IMG/VR virus record: IMGVR_UViG_3300035520_001173
Location: 20,061-84,060 of that record
Length of the DNA stretch: 64,000 bases
Direction: 5' to 3' (one strand)
DNA from: a virus
Lineage: Duplodnaviria; Caudoviricetes
The notes under the pieces were generated by a model that did not search any database, was not told where the DNA came from, and saw nothing but the letters and a program-made list of their open reading frames with translations. The translations under genes were made by a program, and so were the position numbers. Below are positions 18,343-28,500 of the stretch, in pieces (the first letter of the stretch is position 1; each line of letters begins with the position of its first letter).

Positions 18343-20313
18343 ATGGCAAAAAACAATAAAACAATATTCCAAAAGTTAACAGACGTTATTATTGGTACCA
18401 CGGGCTCGAATTTACAAACAAAGTCTATTGCAAATTATACTCTGAACGCCAATAATGATGTATTATATACATTTGGTTCAAAAGAGGAAAGAGATGCAAA
18501 GCTCAGGCAAATAAAACAAGAAAAACTTTTAGCACATCAATGGGCTAAAATCGGCTACGATACAAGCATGGAACAAATGGCAGGCGCCAATCAAGTTCGT
18601 GTTATGTATCGTGATTGCGACATGATGGATGCTTGGCCTGAAATTGGCTCCGCTCTTGATACTTATGCCGAAGAAGTTTGCAATATAGGCAAGAAAGGCA
18701 CTATCCTCAATATAAAATCCAAATCACCTCGAATTGTATCAATACTTGAAGATTTATTTGTGAACCGATTGGATATAGCTGTAATGCTTCCAATGGTCAC
18801 TCGTGCCACATGTAAATATGGCAACGAATTTATGTTTTTGAATATTGATGCTGAAAATGGCATTCTTGGATGGAGGGAATTACCGACTAAGGAAATTAGG
18901 CGTGTTGAAGATGGTATGATGAACGCCTATTCGGGTAATTACTCGGCATCGGCAACCAATCTCAAAACAAATGAAGTGAAATTTGTTTGGGAAGGCCATG
19001 ACGAAAGCGTTCCGTTTAAAAACTGGCAAATTGCCCACTTTAGGCTCATTAAAGATTCTATCTACTTGCCATACGGTGCCTCTGTTATGAATAAGGCAAG
19101 AAGACATTGGAGAATTCTATCAATGATGGAAGATTCAATGCTCCTTTATAGGCTTGAAAAAAGTGTTGAAAGGCGTATCTATAAAGTTAATGTTGGCTTG
19201 ATTGATGACCAAGACGTTCCTGCCTTCTTGCAGGAATTCATGAATAATGTAAAAAGGGCGCCTATTATTGACCCTCAAACAGGCCAAATAGACTTAAGAA
19301 AAAACTTCCTTGATGTTAGTGCAGATTACGTTATTCCTGTCAGAAGTGGGCAAGACCCGACGAGTATAGAGGTTTTGCAAAGCAATCAAAATCAACTTCA
19401 GATGTCTGATATCGAGTATATGCAAAATAAAGTACTTGCAGGTATGCGAGTGCCAAAAGCCATGCTCAACTATAGTGATGCACAAAACAAAGCCCAAAAC
19501 TTCTCTTTAATTGATATCAGATTTAATCGTGTGGTCAATAGCATACAACAGGCCATTATTATGGAGCTTAACAAGATTGCTATTATTCACCTTTACATAC
19601 TTGGTTTTACTGATGAATTGACTAATTTCACTTTGACGATGAATAATCCATCCAACCAAATTGAGATGTTGGAGCTTGATAATATGTCAAAGAGGATTAG
19701 TAATGCTACTGCTGCTTTAGCAGAGCAAGGTGGTGGTATTCCTCTAATGTCATGGCATAAAGTTCAAAAAGAAATCATGGGTTTAACTGATTCTGAAATA
19801 TCAGATATGCTTAACGAAATGAGGCTTGAAGTTGCTATTGCTAAGGAGCTTGAGAATACTCCTCAAATTATTAAAAAGACTGATTTATTCAAACAAGTAG
19901 ACCGAATTTACGGAGAACCTGGCGCCCATTATCAAGAAACACAAACTGAAGATGACGGCGGACAATTCGGCGGTGGTGGCGGAGGAATGCCCTCGCTCGG
20001 AGGTGGTGGTTTTGGAGATGATTTAGGTGATTTGGGAGAACCTGGCGCCGAGCCTGAAGGTGACATAGGCGGAGAGGAGGGCTCAGCTGATTTACAATCC
20101 ATGGGTGGAGACGAAAGCGGTGGTGGACAGCCGCTTAATGAGCGTTCTCAGCGCTTTCTAACCCTTTTGAATGAGTATAGTGCCTTAATTAATAAAGACG
20201 ATAGTGATAAAAAGAATATAGACATATACGATAAAGGTTTCTTAATTAATGAGTCATTAGATTCTGCAATAAAAAGTTTAGGAAACGGTGAAATAAAAGA
20301 GATTTTGAAATGA
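18343..20313 (+). CDS. portal protein (T4 gp20-like)
   Basis: MEDSMLLYRLEKSVERRIYKVNVG, DYVIPVR, DIEYMQNK...RVPK, DIRF motifs; Gly/Glu-rich C-terminal tail. Confidence 0.93.
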   Translation: MAKNNKTIFQKLTDVIIGTTGSNLQTKSIANYTLNANNDVLYTFGSKEERDAKLRQIKQEKLLAHQWAKIGYDTSMEQMAGANQVRVMYRDCDMMDAWPEIGSALDTYAEEVCNIGKKGTILNIKSKSPRIVSILEDLFVNRLDIAVMLPMVTRATCKYGNEFMFLNIDAENGILGWRELPTKEIRRVEDGMMNAYSGNYSASATNLKTNEVKFVWEGHDESVPFKNWQIAHFRLIKDSIYLPYGASVMNKARRHWRILSMMEDSMLLYRLEKSVERRIYKVNVGLIDDQDVPAFLQEFMNNVKRAPIIDPQTGQIDLRKNFLDVSADYVIPVRSGQDPTSIEVLQSNQNQLQMSDIEYMQNKVLAGMRVPKAMLNYSDAQNKAQNFSLIDIRFNRVVNSIQQAIIMELNKIAIIHLYILGFTDELTNFTLTMNNPSNQIEMLELDNMSKRISNATAALAEQGGGIPLMSWHKVQKEIMGLTDSEISDMLNEMRLEVAIAKELENTPQIIKKTDLFKQVDRIYGEPGAHYQETQTEDDGGQFGGGGGGMPSLGGGGFGDDLGDLGEPGAEPEGDIGGEEGSADLQSMGGDESGGGQPLNERSQRFLTLLNEYSALINKDDSDKKNIDIYDKGFLINESLDSAIKSLGNGEIKEILK

Positions 20314-21197
20314 GTAGGTTTGATTTAACAACTTCGGACGGTTTAGTAAAGTTTCAGGAGACTCTGAACGCCGTTATAAACAATAAAATACAAGAATCTA
20401 AATTGAATGAAGCTTATAAAGGCTTCAATTCTCTATCTTTAGGTTGCTTAAATGCCTTATTTGAGTCTATTTCAGACAAATTGTATGAAACCAAAAAAGG
20501 TAAAAACCTTATTAAGGAATATATTAATTCAATTAAAAAGAATAGTAGCTTACAATCTAAATACACTCTATTTGAAAGTGTAAAAAACTGTTCTAATGAC
20601 ATTTCACACCCTGAATTATTTCTTTCTGAAGCATCTAAATTGAAAGGGCATTTAAAAGAAGCAAAGATTGCTACCGTTGCTAATATTCTTAAGGAGTGTT
20701 TCAGTGAAGTTAAGATCAATGCTGATGAAATCAAGGCTGTGATTGATGCGTATAATAAAAGTGTTTGCCCGTCTATAGACTATATTCTCGAAAATAAATG
20801 TACGCCCAAAAATATCGTTGAATATCATTCAAATATGAGCAAAGTGCTTGAATACATCAAGGAAAACGTTCAATATTCAACAGAACTTAAAGAAATTCGT
20901 CCTGTAAAGGATGTAATGAATGATATTAAAAATTCACTTTCAGAGGAAACTGAGAAATATATTAGCAATGTGCTAAATGATATCTATTATTCAGGTAAGA
21001 ATATAGAAGAACTCTTTGAAACGTACAAAACAAGATGTATTGATATTCTCTCTGAAAGCGTAAAAAATGGTTCAATCGAAGAAGCAAACCGTTTATCAGC
21101 ATTGAAAGAAAGACTTTCAACAAAAGATTATAATAAAGAGACCGTTAATGAGGATTTGCTTAGATTATCTGAATTAATTGAAACGCTCTCTAAATAA
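20310..21197 (+). CDS. hypothetical helical protein (possible prohead core/scaffold)
   Basis: Coupled to the portal by an ATGA overlap; KLNEA motif. Confidence 0.6.
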   Translation: MSRFDLTTSDGLVKFQETLNAVINNKIQESKLNEAYKGFNSLSLGCLNALFESISDKLYETKKGKNLIKEYINSIKKNSSLQSKYTLFESVKNCSNDISHPELFLSEASKLKGHLKEAKIATVANILKECFSEVKINADEIKAVIDAYNKSVCPSIDYILENKCTPKNIVEYHSNMSKVLEYIKENVQYSTELKEIRPVKDVMNDIKNSLSEETEKYISNVLNDIYYSGKNIEELFETYKTRCIDILSESVKNGSIEEANRLSALKERLSTKDYNKETVNEDLLRLSELIETLSK

Positions 21198-21219
21198 TAG
21201 CAAAAAGGAGACTTGTTAA

Positions 21220-21648
21220 ATGGCTAAAATCGTAAAACTAACTAAAGATAACGTACAGGTTTATCCTCAAACTATTACTGAAGCAGTTGCTGATATTGAG
21301 ACTTCAATGACACTCGCTGATTGGATGAAGCAAACTACCACAACTATTGACAATTTGGCTAATTCAGAGAGTGGTGACGTTACAACAATTAATACAAATA
21401 TTCAGCAACTTCGTGAGGAATTAAATGAATTAAAACTTATGCTTGGCATTGGAACTGAAAATACCGAGGGTATTGATAATCTATCAGAGTTATTAACCTT
21501 CTTTAATGGTATTAGAGATTCCGAAACATTTAAGGGCGTAATGGATAGCTTACGTGTTGAAATTGAGGGCTCTGCATTAACAGCTGATAGTAATGAAGGC
21601 GAGTATGCCGACTTTGATACCATTTTGAGTGGGCAAACTACCAATTGA
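21220..21648 (+). CDS. small structural/fibre-associated protein (MAKI...YPQT family)
   Basis: MAKIVKLTKDNVQVYPQTITEAV, short coiled coil. Confidence 0.65.
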   Translation: MAKIVKLTKDNVQVYPQTITEAVADIETSMTLADWMKQTTTTIDNLANSESGDVTTINTNIQQLREELNELKLMLGIGTENTEGIDNLSELLTFFNGIRDSETFKGVMDSLRVEIEGSALTADSNEGEYADFDTILSGQTTN

Positions 21649-21664
21649 ATTTGATTTTATGCAC

Positions 21665-21671
21665 TATTTAT
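21665..21671 (+). promoter_or_regulatory. putative late promoter TATTTAT
   Basis: 14 nt upstream of ORF 21686. Confidence 0.5.
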
Positions 21672-21685
21672 CATAAAAAGGTAGG

Positions 21686-21871
21686 ATGATAACTACTAAT
21701 ATAAAATCTTCTTCAATTAATATTAATAATATTGATGCGAAGATTGATAAAAATGCAAAAGAATACGAGGATTTTAACTCAATAATTGGGCTAAAACCCT
21801 CTTTAGATAAGGGCATTGAATTAAACAATGTCACAAAGAAGCCTAAAAAGACTTCAGAGAAACAAATTTAA
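21686..21871 (+). CDS. small hypothetical protein
   Basis: 61-aa ORF behind a TATTTAT motif. Confidence 0.5.
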   Translation: MITTNIKSSSININNIDAKIDKNAKEYEDFNSIIGLKPSLDKGIELNNVTKKPKKTSEKQI

Positions 21872-21897
21872 AGAACAATTAAAATATTTTAATTAGA

Positions 21898-23655
21898 ATG
21901 GCAAAAATTAGTCAATTAAAACTTAATGGTCAAGTAATTTACGCACAGACCATTACAGCTGCGATTGCCGACTTAAGAGAAAAGAAACTTCTTTCCGATA
22001 TTCTTCAAGAGATTAGGGAAGACGTCGCCTCTGAGAAAGCAAAATTCGCTAATTCTGCAACTATTGCGCAAGTTGGCGTAGGCGAATCTGCTTCTTATGA
22101 GACTCAACTTAGTCTCGTATATCATGCAAAAGGTACCCACACCGTAGATGGTGTTGAGGTTGACCCCATTCCTGCCCACATATCATTAACCGATAAGAAC
22201 GGCAAAGAGCTTTCTGTTGTTAATGTATCTGACATTGTAGGTAATGGTGTCCTTGACTCTTCTTCTTACAGTGAGGATACTGGTATCTTAACTCTTAACT
22301 TCAAACAAGCTGACGGCACAACTAAGGCTGCCGAAATCGACCTTAAAAAGATGCTTGACATCAACGATATGTCAATTGCATCTGATTCTACCAATTATTT
22401 AACAGTTACTCTCTCAGGTGAAGCTGCCGAAGATGGTAAATCTCAGGCTGTATTCGGTGCTAAGCTCGTAAAAGTTGCTGACGCTACTGAAGATAACACA
22501 GGCCTTGTTGATGCTCTTGATGTTAAGGCTTATGTAGATAATAAATCTTCTGACCTTGCAGTTACTGCAGAAGGTGATGATTATATAGGTGCTAAAGTTG
22601 ATGCTGATACAGACAATAAGCATGTCATTGTTGCCGCTAATGTAAAAGACGTTACCGCTACCGCAGGTACGGTAGGAACTTGGGCTGTTGCCGAAGATGG
22701 CATCGCAACCCTCGAAGGTGATGTAGCTCCTACACTTGAAGGGGTAGAAAAGACTCTTGTTGACGGTAAGCAAGGTGCCGAGGCCGTTAAAACTTACGTA
22801 GATGGTAAGGTTGCTGCTGAAGCTGCTCGTACTGATGCTAAAGTCCTTGCTGCTGTAAAAGCTCTTGATAAGGTTGCCACTACTACCGATGGTACTAATG
22901 TACACGTTACAATTAGTGAAGTTGACGGTATTGTAACTGTTGATTCTGTAGTTGAAGACTATACGACCGTTAAGGTTGAAAAAGCCGAAGATGCTGATGA
23001 AACTACAATTGTAGTAACTGACGAATCTAAACTTGCTACAGGTAAGGATATCAAGGCCGTTAGTGAATACGTAGACGCCCGTCTTGATGAGGTTGCTGCT
23101 GACCTCGCTGTGACTGCTGCAGGTGATGATTATGTTGAAGCTAAAGTTAGCGAAACCGACAACAAGAAAATCGAAGTATCAGCTAATGTTAAGGCTATCG
23201 CAGCTACCGAAGGTGTTGCTGCCGAATTTGATGCTGAGGGCGCAGAAACTACTGCTGCTACCGCCCCAACAATCTCTGCAACAGAAAACTCTCTTGTAGA
23301 CGGTAAAGCTGTGGCCGATGCTATCAAGACTTACGCTGATGGTGCTGTAACAATTGAGGCCGCTCGTGCTGATGCTAAAGTTCTTGCTGCTGTAAAAGCT
23401 CTTGATGCTGAAGTAGAAGGTAGCTCAACTAACGTTAAAGTTACCGTAACCGAAGTTGATGGTGTCGTTTATAAGGTTGAAGTGGAAGAGACCACTGCCG
23501 CTGTTGCTGATGGCGAAACTGCTCTCACTACTGGTGGCGAGGTTTACAAATTCGCTGTAACTGCTGCTGAGGCTGAAGCATATACCTATGGTGATAATGA
23601 TGCTGAGGCTACTGAAGCTCTTGTAGATTCTATTTTTGGCGGTGCTGCTGAATAA
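21898..23655 (+). CDS. acidic Ala/Val/Thr-rich structural protein with a 183-aa tandem repeat
   Basis: MAKISQLKLNGQVIYAQT start; duplicated DLAVTA.GDDY...DAKVLAAVKALD...EVDG. Confidence 0.8.
   Translation: MAKISQLKLNGQVIYAQTITAAIADLREKKLLSDILQEIREDVASEKAKFANSATIAQVGVGESASYETQLSLVYHAKGTHTVDGVEVDPIPAHISLTDKNGKELSVVNVSDIVGNGVLDSSSYSEDTGILTLNFKQADGTTKAAEIDLKKMLDINDMSIASDSTNYLTVTLSGEAAEDGKSQAVFGAKLVKVADATEDNTGLVDALDVKAYVDNKSSDLAVTAEGDDYIGAKVDADTDNKHVIVAANVKDVTATAGTVGTWAVAEDGIATLEGDVAPTLEGVEKTLVDGKQGAEAVKTYVDGKVAAEAARTDAKVLAAVKALDKVATTTDGTNVHVTISEVDGIVTVDSVVEDYTTVKVEKAEDADETTIVVTDESKLATGKDIKAVSEYVDARLDEVAADLAVTAAGDDYVEAKVSETDNKKIEVSANVKAIAATEGVAAEFDAEGAETTAATAPTISATENSLVDGKAVADAIKTYADGAVTIEAARADAKVLAAVKALDAEVEGSSTNVKVTVTEVDGVVYKVEVEETTAAVADGETALTTGGEVYKFAVTAAEAEAYTYGDNDAEATEALVDSIFGGAAE
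22552..23655 (+). repeat. two-copy in-frame tandem repeat, unit about 549 nt
   Basis: GACCTTGCAGTTACTGCA at 22552 versus GACCTCGCTGTGACTGCT at 23101; near-identical GATGCTAAAGT(C/T)CTTGCTGCTGTAAAAGCTCTTGAT in both copies. Confidence 0.85.
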
Positions 23656-23676
23656 TAAATTCTAAATAACTTATAG

Positions 23677-23736
23677 GCCTACTAACGTTGCAGTGCCAAA
23701 TAACTTGACATTTAATTGTTAGTAGGCTATATTTTT
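23677..23736 (+). terminator. long imperfect hairpin / terminator
   Basis: GCCTACTAAC/GTTAGTAGGC outer stem followed by a T-rich run. Confidence 0.5.
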
Positions 23737-23773
23737 AATAAGCGAAAATTAAAAATAATTTAATAAGAAGAGC

Positions 23774-24019
23774 ATGGCTAAAATCAGTAAATTAACATTG
23801 GATGGACAGACGGTATATCCACAGACTGTTGATACCGCAATTGCAGTTCTCAATTCTCAGAAAACACTTTCCGAGAAACTTAAGGATATGGACACAACTA
23901 TTGGCGGCAAACAACCATCAATGAGTGCTATTGATAATGTAACTATTGACACATATATAGAGCAGGCTCTTTTTGGTATTGAGGCAGAAGATTCTGAGAA
24001 TGAGGACTCTCAAGAATAA
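23774..24019 (+). CDS. small MAKI...YPQT family protein
   Basis: MAKISKLTLDGQTVYPQTVDTAI. Confidence 0.7.
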   Translation: MAKISKLTLDGQTVYPQTVDTAIAVLNSQKTLSEKLKDMDTTIGGKQPSMSAIDNVTIDTYIEQALFGIEAEDSENEDSQE

Positions 24020-24155
24020 TAATTGCCCTCTAAAGCAAAAGTGAATAAAGTAATTTTATTGATTAGTTGAATCTCGTTTCATTATGTGCAGAAGTTACGT
24101 CGTATGGTTCAATTTGACTATGCCATGTTATTTCTGCTTTTTTATTCTGTTAAAC

Positions 24156-24184
24156 TTGACTTTATAAAAGCAATAAAATAAATT
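24156..24184 (+). promoter_or_regulatory. putative promoter TTGACT-N17-TAAATT
   Basis: Member of a six-copy motif with exact 17-nt spacing. Confidence 0.55.
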
Positions 24185-24238
24185 ATAGATGAAGATTTTT
24201 CTAATTCATATTTGCTTAAAACAATTTCATAGAAGAAG

Positions 24239-24427
24239 ATGGAGAGTTACTTAGATTCTAACGGTACGAAATACCTTATAGAGAAAATAGTCGATGGTAC
24301 ACTTCGTGCAGGTTCCGCATTGATTGCGAAACAAGATGAAGAGGGAAATGCCATTGTCGAAACATATATAAAGAAAATTGATATTGTCAATATTAGCGAT
24401 GAAGAAATAGATTCACTTTTTGACTAA
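24239..24427 (+). CDS. small fibre-module protein (YLD..G and ISDEEIDSLF motifs)
   Basis: 62-aa ORF. Confidence 0.65.
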   Translation: MESYLDSNGTKYLIEKIVDGTLRAGSALIAKQDEEGNAIVETYIKKIDIVNISDEEIDSLFD

Positions 24428-24480
24428 TCTGTTTTTTTGCAATTTGTTTTCGGTCCTTGGCGCTTTCGAAACATTGGAAA

Positions 24481-24487
24481 TATTTAT
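24481..24487 (+). promoter_or_regulatory. putative late promoter TATTTAT
   Basis: 22 nt upstream of ATG 24510. Confidence 0.5.
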
Positions 24488-24509
24488 TTTAAACAGGTCA
24501 TTTTTGAGA

Positions 24510-24722
24510 ATGGATAATAATTACAAAAAGGCTTATGAGGCCCCAAGATTCTTTGAAAAAACCGTTTCAACAGATGTTCCACTATCCAACGACAGAGAAC
24601 AGTATTACTCGGATTATGATGAGATAGAGGACGGTGTGTATTGTGATGAGTATGATTGGCTCTTCACTGAAGCACAAAATACCGTAGTAGATTTTAATAA
24701 AACAACATTGCGAAAGGTTTAA
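24510..24722 (+). CDS. small acidic protein with KKxYxxP leader-like N-terminus
   Basis: Internal ATG of track ORF 24420-24722, preceded by TATTTAT; MDNNYKKAYEAPRFF. Confidence 0.5.
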   Translation: MDNNYKKAYEAPRFFEKTVSTDVPLSNDREQYYSDYDEIEDGVYCDEYDWLFTEAQNTVVDFNKTTLRKV

Positions 24723-24725
24723 AGC

Positions 24726-24962
24726 ATGGCAATAATTAGAAAAATAAAAAAAGACGGAATTGTCATTTACCCAAGAACTGTTACGGATGCCGTAGTGTAC
24801 AATATCGGTGAGGGCGAAATCCTTACTTCGGTAGTAACCAAGTCTTTAAATAGGATTGGCGATAACGAAGAAGCTATCTCAGGCATTCTGCCAAGGCTTG
24901 ATGAACTCGAAACTCCTATTAGTAACGAAGAAATACAAGTTTTGCTTAACATTTTCGACTAA
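24726..24962 (+). CDS. small MAKI...YPxT family protein
   Basis: MAIIRKIKKDGIVIYPRTVTDAV...RLDELE...ISNEEI. Confidence 0.7.
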   Translation: MAIIRKIKKDGIVIYPRTVTDAVVYNIGEGEILTSVVTKSLNRIGDNEEAISGILPRLDELETPISNEEIQVLLNIFD

Positions 24963-24970
24963 GCTAATGG

Positions 24971-24999
24971 TTGACTTTATAAAAATAAAAACCTACATT
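24971..24999 (+). promoter_or_regulatory. putative promoter TTGACT-N17-TACATT
   Basis: 20 nt upstream of ATG 25020. Confidence 0.6.
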
Positions 25000-25019
25000 T
25001 TACATAGTAATTTTCATAA

Positions 25020-25502
25020 ATGAGTGAACATTATTTAAACCTTGAAGGGTTGACCACTTATACTGAAAAAGTCAAAGAGTTTGTTGAAGGCAGCGTTACT
25101 ACTTCGAAAGAATATTTGGAGCAACAAGACGCAAATCTTAGCAGCCGAATAGACCAATTGGATAACTTAAATTCAATTGACTTTGATGGTTCAGGGTTGA
25201 CTCTGACAACAGATATTGATTTGGAGAATACCTCTTCAGTTGATATTCCTACTGAGGGTGCTGTTGCAATGGTTGTCAATGATACTATTGATGATTTGAA
25301 AGATAGATATATGCTATATGAGGATTTCCGAAATATATATCCTAAAGAAGCACGTGTCTATTACATTGCTAAAGATGAAAAAGACCTCAAATTAGGTAAG
25401 ATTTGGAGAATTTATTTTAAGAATCAAAAAATTGCGGAACGTACTGATGACGAACGAGTTAATTGCACGTTCCCTTTAAAATTCCCATTCAAATTTGGAT
25501 AA
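25020..25502 (+). CDS. fibre-associated hypothetical protein
   Basis: YLNLEGLTTYTEKVK, RIDQLD. Confidence 0.7.
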   Translation: MSEHYLNLEGLTTYTEKVKEFVEGSVTTSKEYLEQQDANLSSRIDQLDNLNSIDFDGSGLTLTTDIDLENTSSVDIPTEGAVAMVVNDTIDDLKDRYMLYEDFRNIYPKEARVYYIAKDEKDLKLGKIWRIYFKNQKIAERTDDERVNCTFPLKFPFKFG

Positions 25503-25530
25503 ATAATAACGTAAGTTTACTTAAAAATAA

Positions 25531-28500
25531 ATGATTAACGAAGAATTTACAGACCTTAGTGGATTGTTCCCTAAGAAGGACAACGATGACGCATTAGACC
25601 AAATCGAGGCTGATAGCACGGAGTCTGATGAGTATCTTAGTTCCGATGAGTGGAATAAGTTAGGCAACTTCCTTACGCAGGTAAAAAAGCGTATTACTGA
25701 TATTGAGTATAACGCTATTTATGGTATCCGTCAAGGTGCTACTACCTTCTATGCTGATGACCATGAAGTTACCTTAACAGAAAATATTGCCACAATCCCT
25801 ACTCAGGGTACATCAATAAGCGTTGTATTTAAAAATACAAATGCAAATTTCGTAAGTGTAAACGGAGAATGCAAACTTGAGTTTAAGGCAATCTCGGTTA
25901 AAGAGGGCTCTAACTTCTCTGAAACCGTTGCTGTTGAAGTATTGACTGCTCCTACGGGTTCAACAAACTGGACTTCGAGAGGCACTGTCAATGTTAACTC
26001 TCGTGGTGATTCATCAACCCAATATGATAGCGTAACTCTTACTTCTGATAGTACTGCTACAGGTGATGGTTATATCTATGTTGGTTCAGGTACTCGGCAG
26101 TTGAAATTAGTTGGTGTTGGCCAAAGTAGCCGTGTTGAGGGTAGCTCTGATATTGCTACAATATCATTGACTTCACTCAAGCTTGTCAACAAAATCAACT
26201 ATAATACCCCTATTGATGCATCTAATGCTATCTTCCCCATTTCTTACCAAATTTATGGTGGTATTAACAAGACTTTACATGTAGAGATTACAGGTAGTAC
26301 AAGTACATATAGTACAACTTATACTATCGGCACAACTCAGTATGATACAGAGAATTTCTCTCGTAATATTACTGACCCAAATAATGCCAACGGTATTCTC
26401 TCTCATGGTGTCCATACAGTAACTGCGTGGTTGACTGCTTTAGATGGTGATGGTAATGAGGTTTCAAGTGATAAGCTTGTCAACCAATTCATGGTCATCA
26501 ACAATGATACTGCAACCGTTTCTGAACGTACACAACCTTATCTCATGCTGCAAGGCATGGGCGCAACTACTGAAGTTACCAACTATGTGCAGGCTAATCT
26601 CTGCAACTATGCAGTATTCGTCCCTAAGTATGTAGATGGCAAAATCGTAGCTGATACTGATAGTGAAATCAATCTTAAATTCCTTATCACTTCATATTCG
26701 GAAAATCCTCTGAATGATGATAATATGGTTACTTACTTAACTGTAAGCGAACCCGTTAAGGGTGGTGTTCAATATAATCTTACCACTACCGTAGAAATTG
26801 AACCTGCAAGTGAGTCTGAAGCTGAAGCTACTTCTTATGACGCTTATTTCCGTGTATGGCGCTATACAACTAATAACGAAGGTGATGTAGTTGATACATT
26901 TGACTTCTTGAATGAAAGTTCAGGTTTCACATATCGTAAGATTGATGTTGATAACTCTGATTCATTTACCCCTACAAGCGGTGCGTCATTCTTGATTAAT
27001 CCTAAAGTACGAAGCAATTCGGAAGCCGATTTTAAACGCATATACAACGCCAAGGCTGATAACGCCGAAATTGAATCTGTATGGACTGGTTTCAGTGGTG
27101 TGAATGACGGTTGGATTACAAGCTCAGATGATAGTCAACGTGTGCTCCGTGTGCTTGCTGGTGAAAAACTCACAATTAAATATAACCCGTTTGCACAATT
27201 CCTTTCAGACCCGAATACGTCATTGACATTTGAAATGGATTATAAAGTCCGTAATGTTTCTGACCCTGAGGATGAACAAATTATTGGTATTAATGAAACT
27301 GTCGGCGGCAGTACTATTGGTTTGGTAATGTCATCAATTCGTGCTTACCTCTTAACTAAGAGTAATCAAGTTTCTGAAAACCAAGATTGGCAATGGCAAG
27401 AAGATGCTCGTACCCATGTAAGTATCAATATCTGCAATGATGTAACTTCAAAAGAAGGTGCTAATAGTCTTGCTCTTGTTCGTGTATTCATTAATGGTGT
27501 CCTTAACCGTGAGTTTACCTTTAACAAAACAGATAAGAATGAATTCTGTACAGCAGCTTTGAGTAATGGTGGTATTGTAATCGGCTCAAGTTCGGCTGAT
27601 ATTGATATTTACTCACTTCGTTGCTACACAAATCAAACTCTTTCTCCGAGAAATATTGTTAAAAACTGGATTGCTACACTTCCGACTTCCGCTGAGAAAT
27701 TACAAGCTCGTGAAGATAATGATATTCTTGATTCTGAGACAAATCTTATCACCGTTTCAAAACTCGCAGAGCATAAGAAACGTTGTTTGATTTGGCACGG
27801 TGTTGAGCCTTATCAGATGCTTTCTTCTAAGCAGCCTGGTTATTGGGAAATTCGTCAATACAATGACGATGGCTCTATCAATAATGAAATTTCAGGTACA
27901 ATCGGCAAGGAATCTTATCTTGCATATTTGAAAGACAGCTCTGTTAACTGTTTGGTTGCCTCTCGTCAAGGTTCTACAGCTAACACTTATTATTGGTCTA
28001 ATATGCAGACCAAGATTAAAGACTTGAAGAATAAAATTACTGTTAAACTGTCAGATTTTCACTCTTCAATTACGGTCGTTGTTAATGATGACAATACTGC
28101 AACAATTACAGGCGGTAATATTGATGGCACTTACGAATTAGTTGACAACGAAACCGCTGTACAAGTAGTCGATGGTTGGGTTGATTTCAATGGTAAGTAT
28201 CACGGCAACGGTTTCCAAGTGGCAACTACTGTTCCTCTTGGTCAAAAAATGGTTAATAAGATTAACTACGCTTCTTCAATGCAAAGTCACCTTTGCGGTG
28301 GTGTAGCTTCTTATAACGATTTGCATACTGCTATTGTAGGCAAGAATGACTTACAAGTTGATACACCTAACGCTCGTGTGTCAAAATATACAGAACCTTT
28401 CTTCTTCTTTGTACAAGAAACTGAAACCGCTGAACCCGAATACCGTGGTCCTTCGACATTTGGCCCAGGTAAGATGGATGATGTAACTTGGGGTCTTAAG

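Noticed and set aside
19945-20135. GC-rich Gly/Glu tract at the end of the portal gene as a foreign insertion
   Set aside because: In-frame low-complexity protein tail; the composition is explained by Gly codons.
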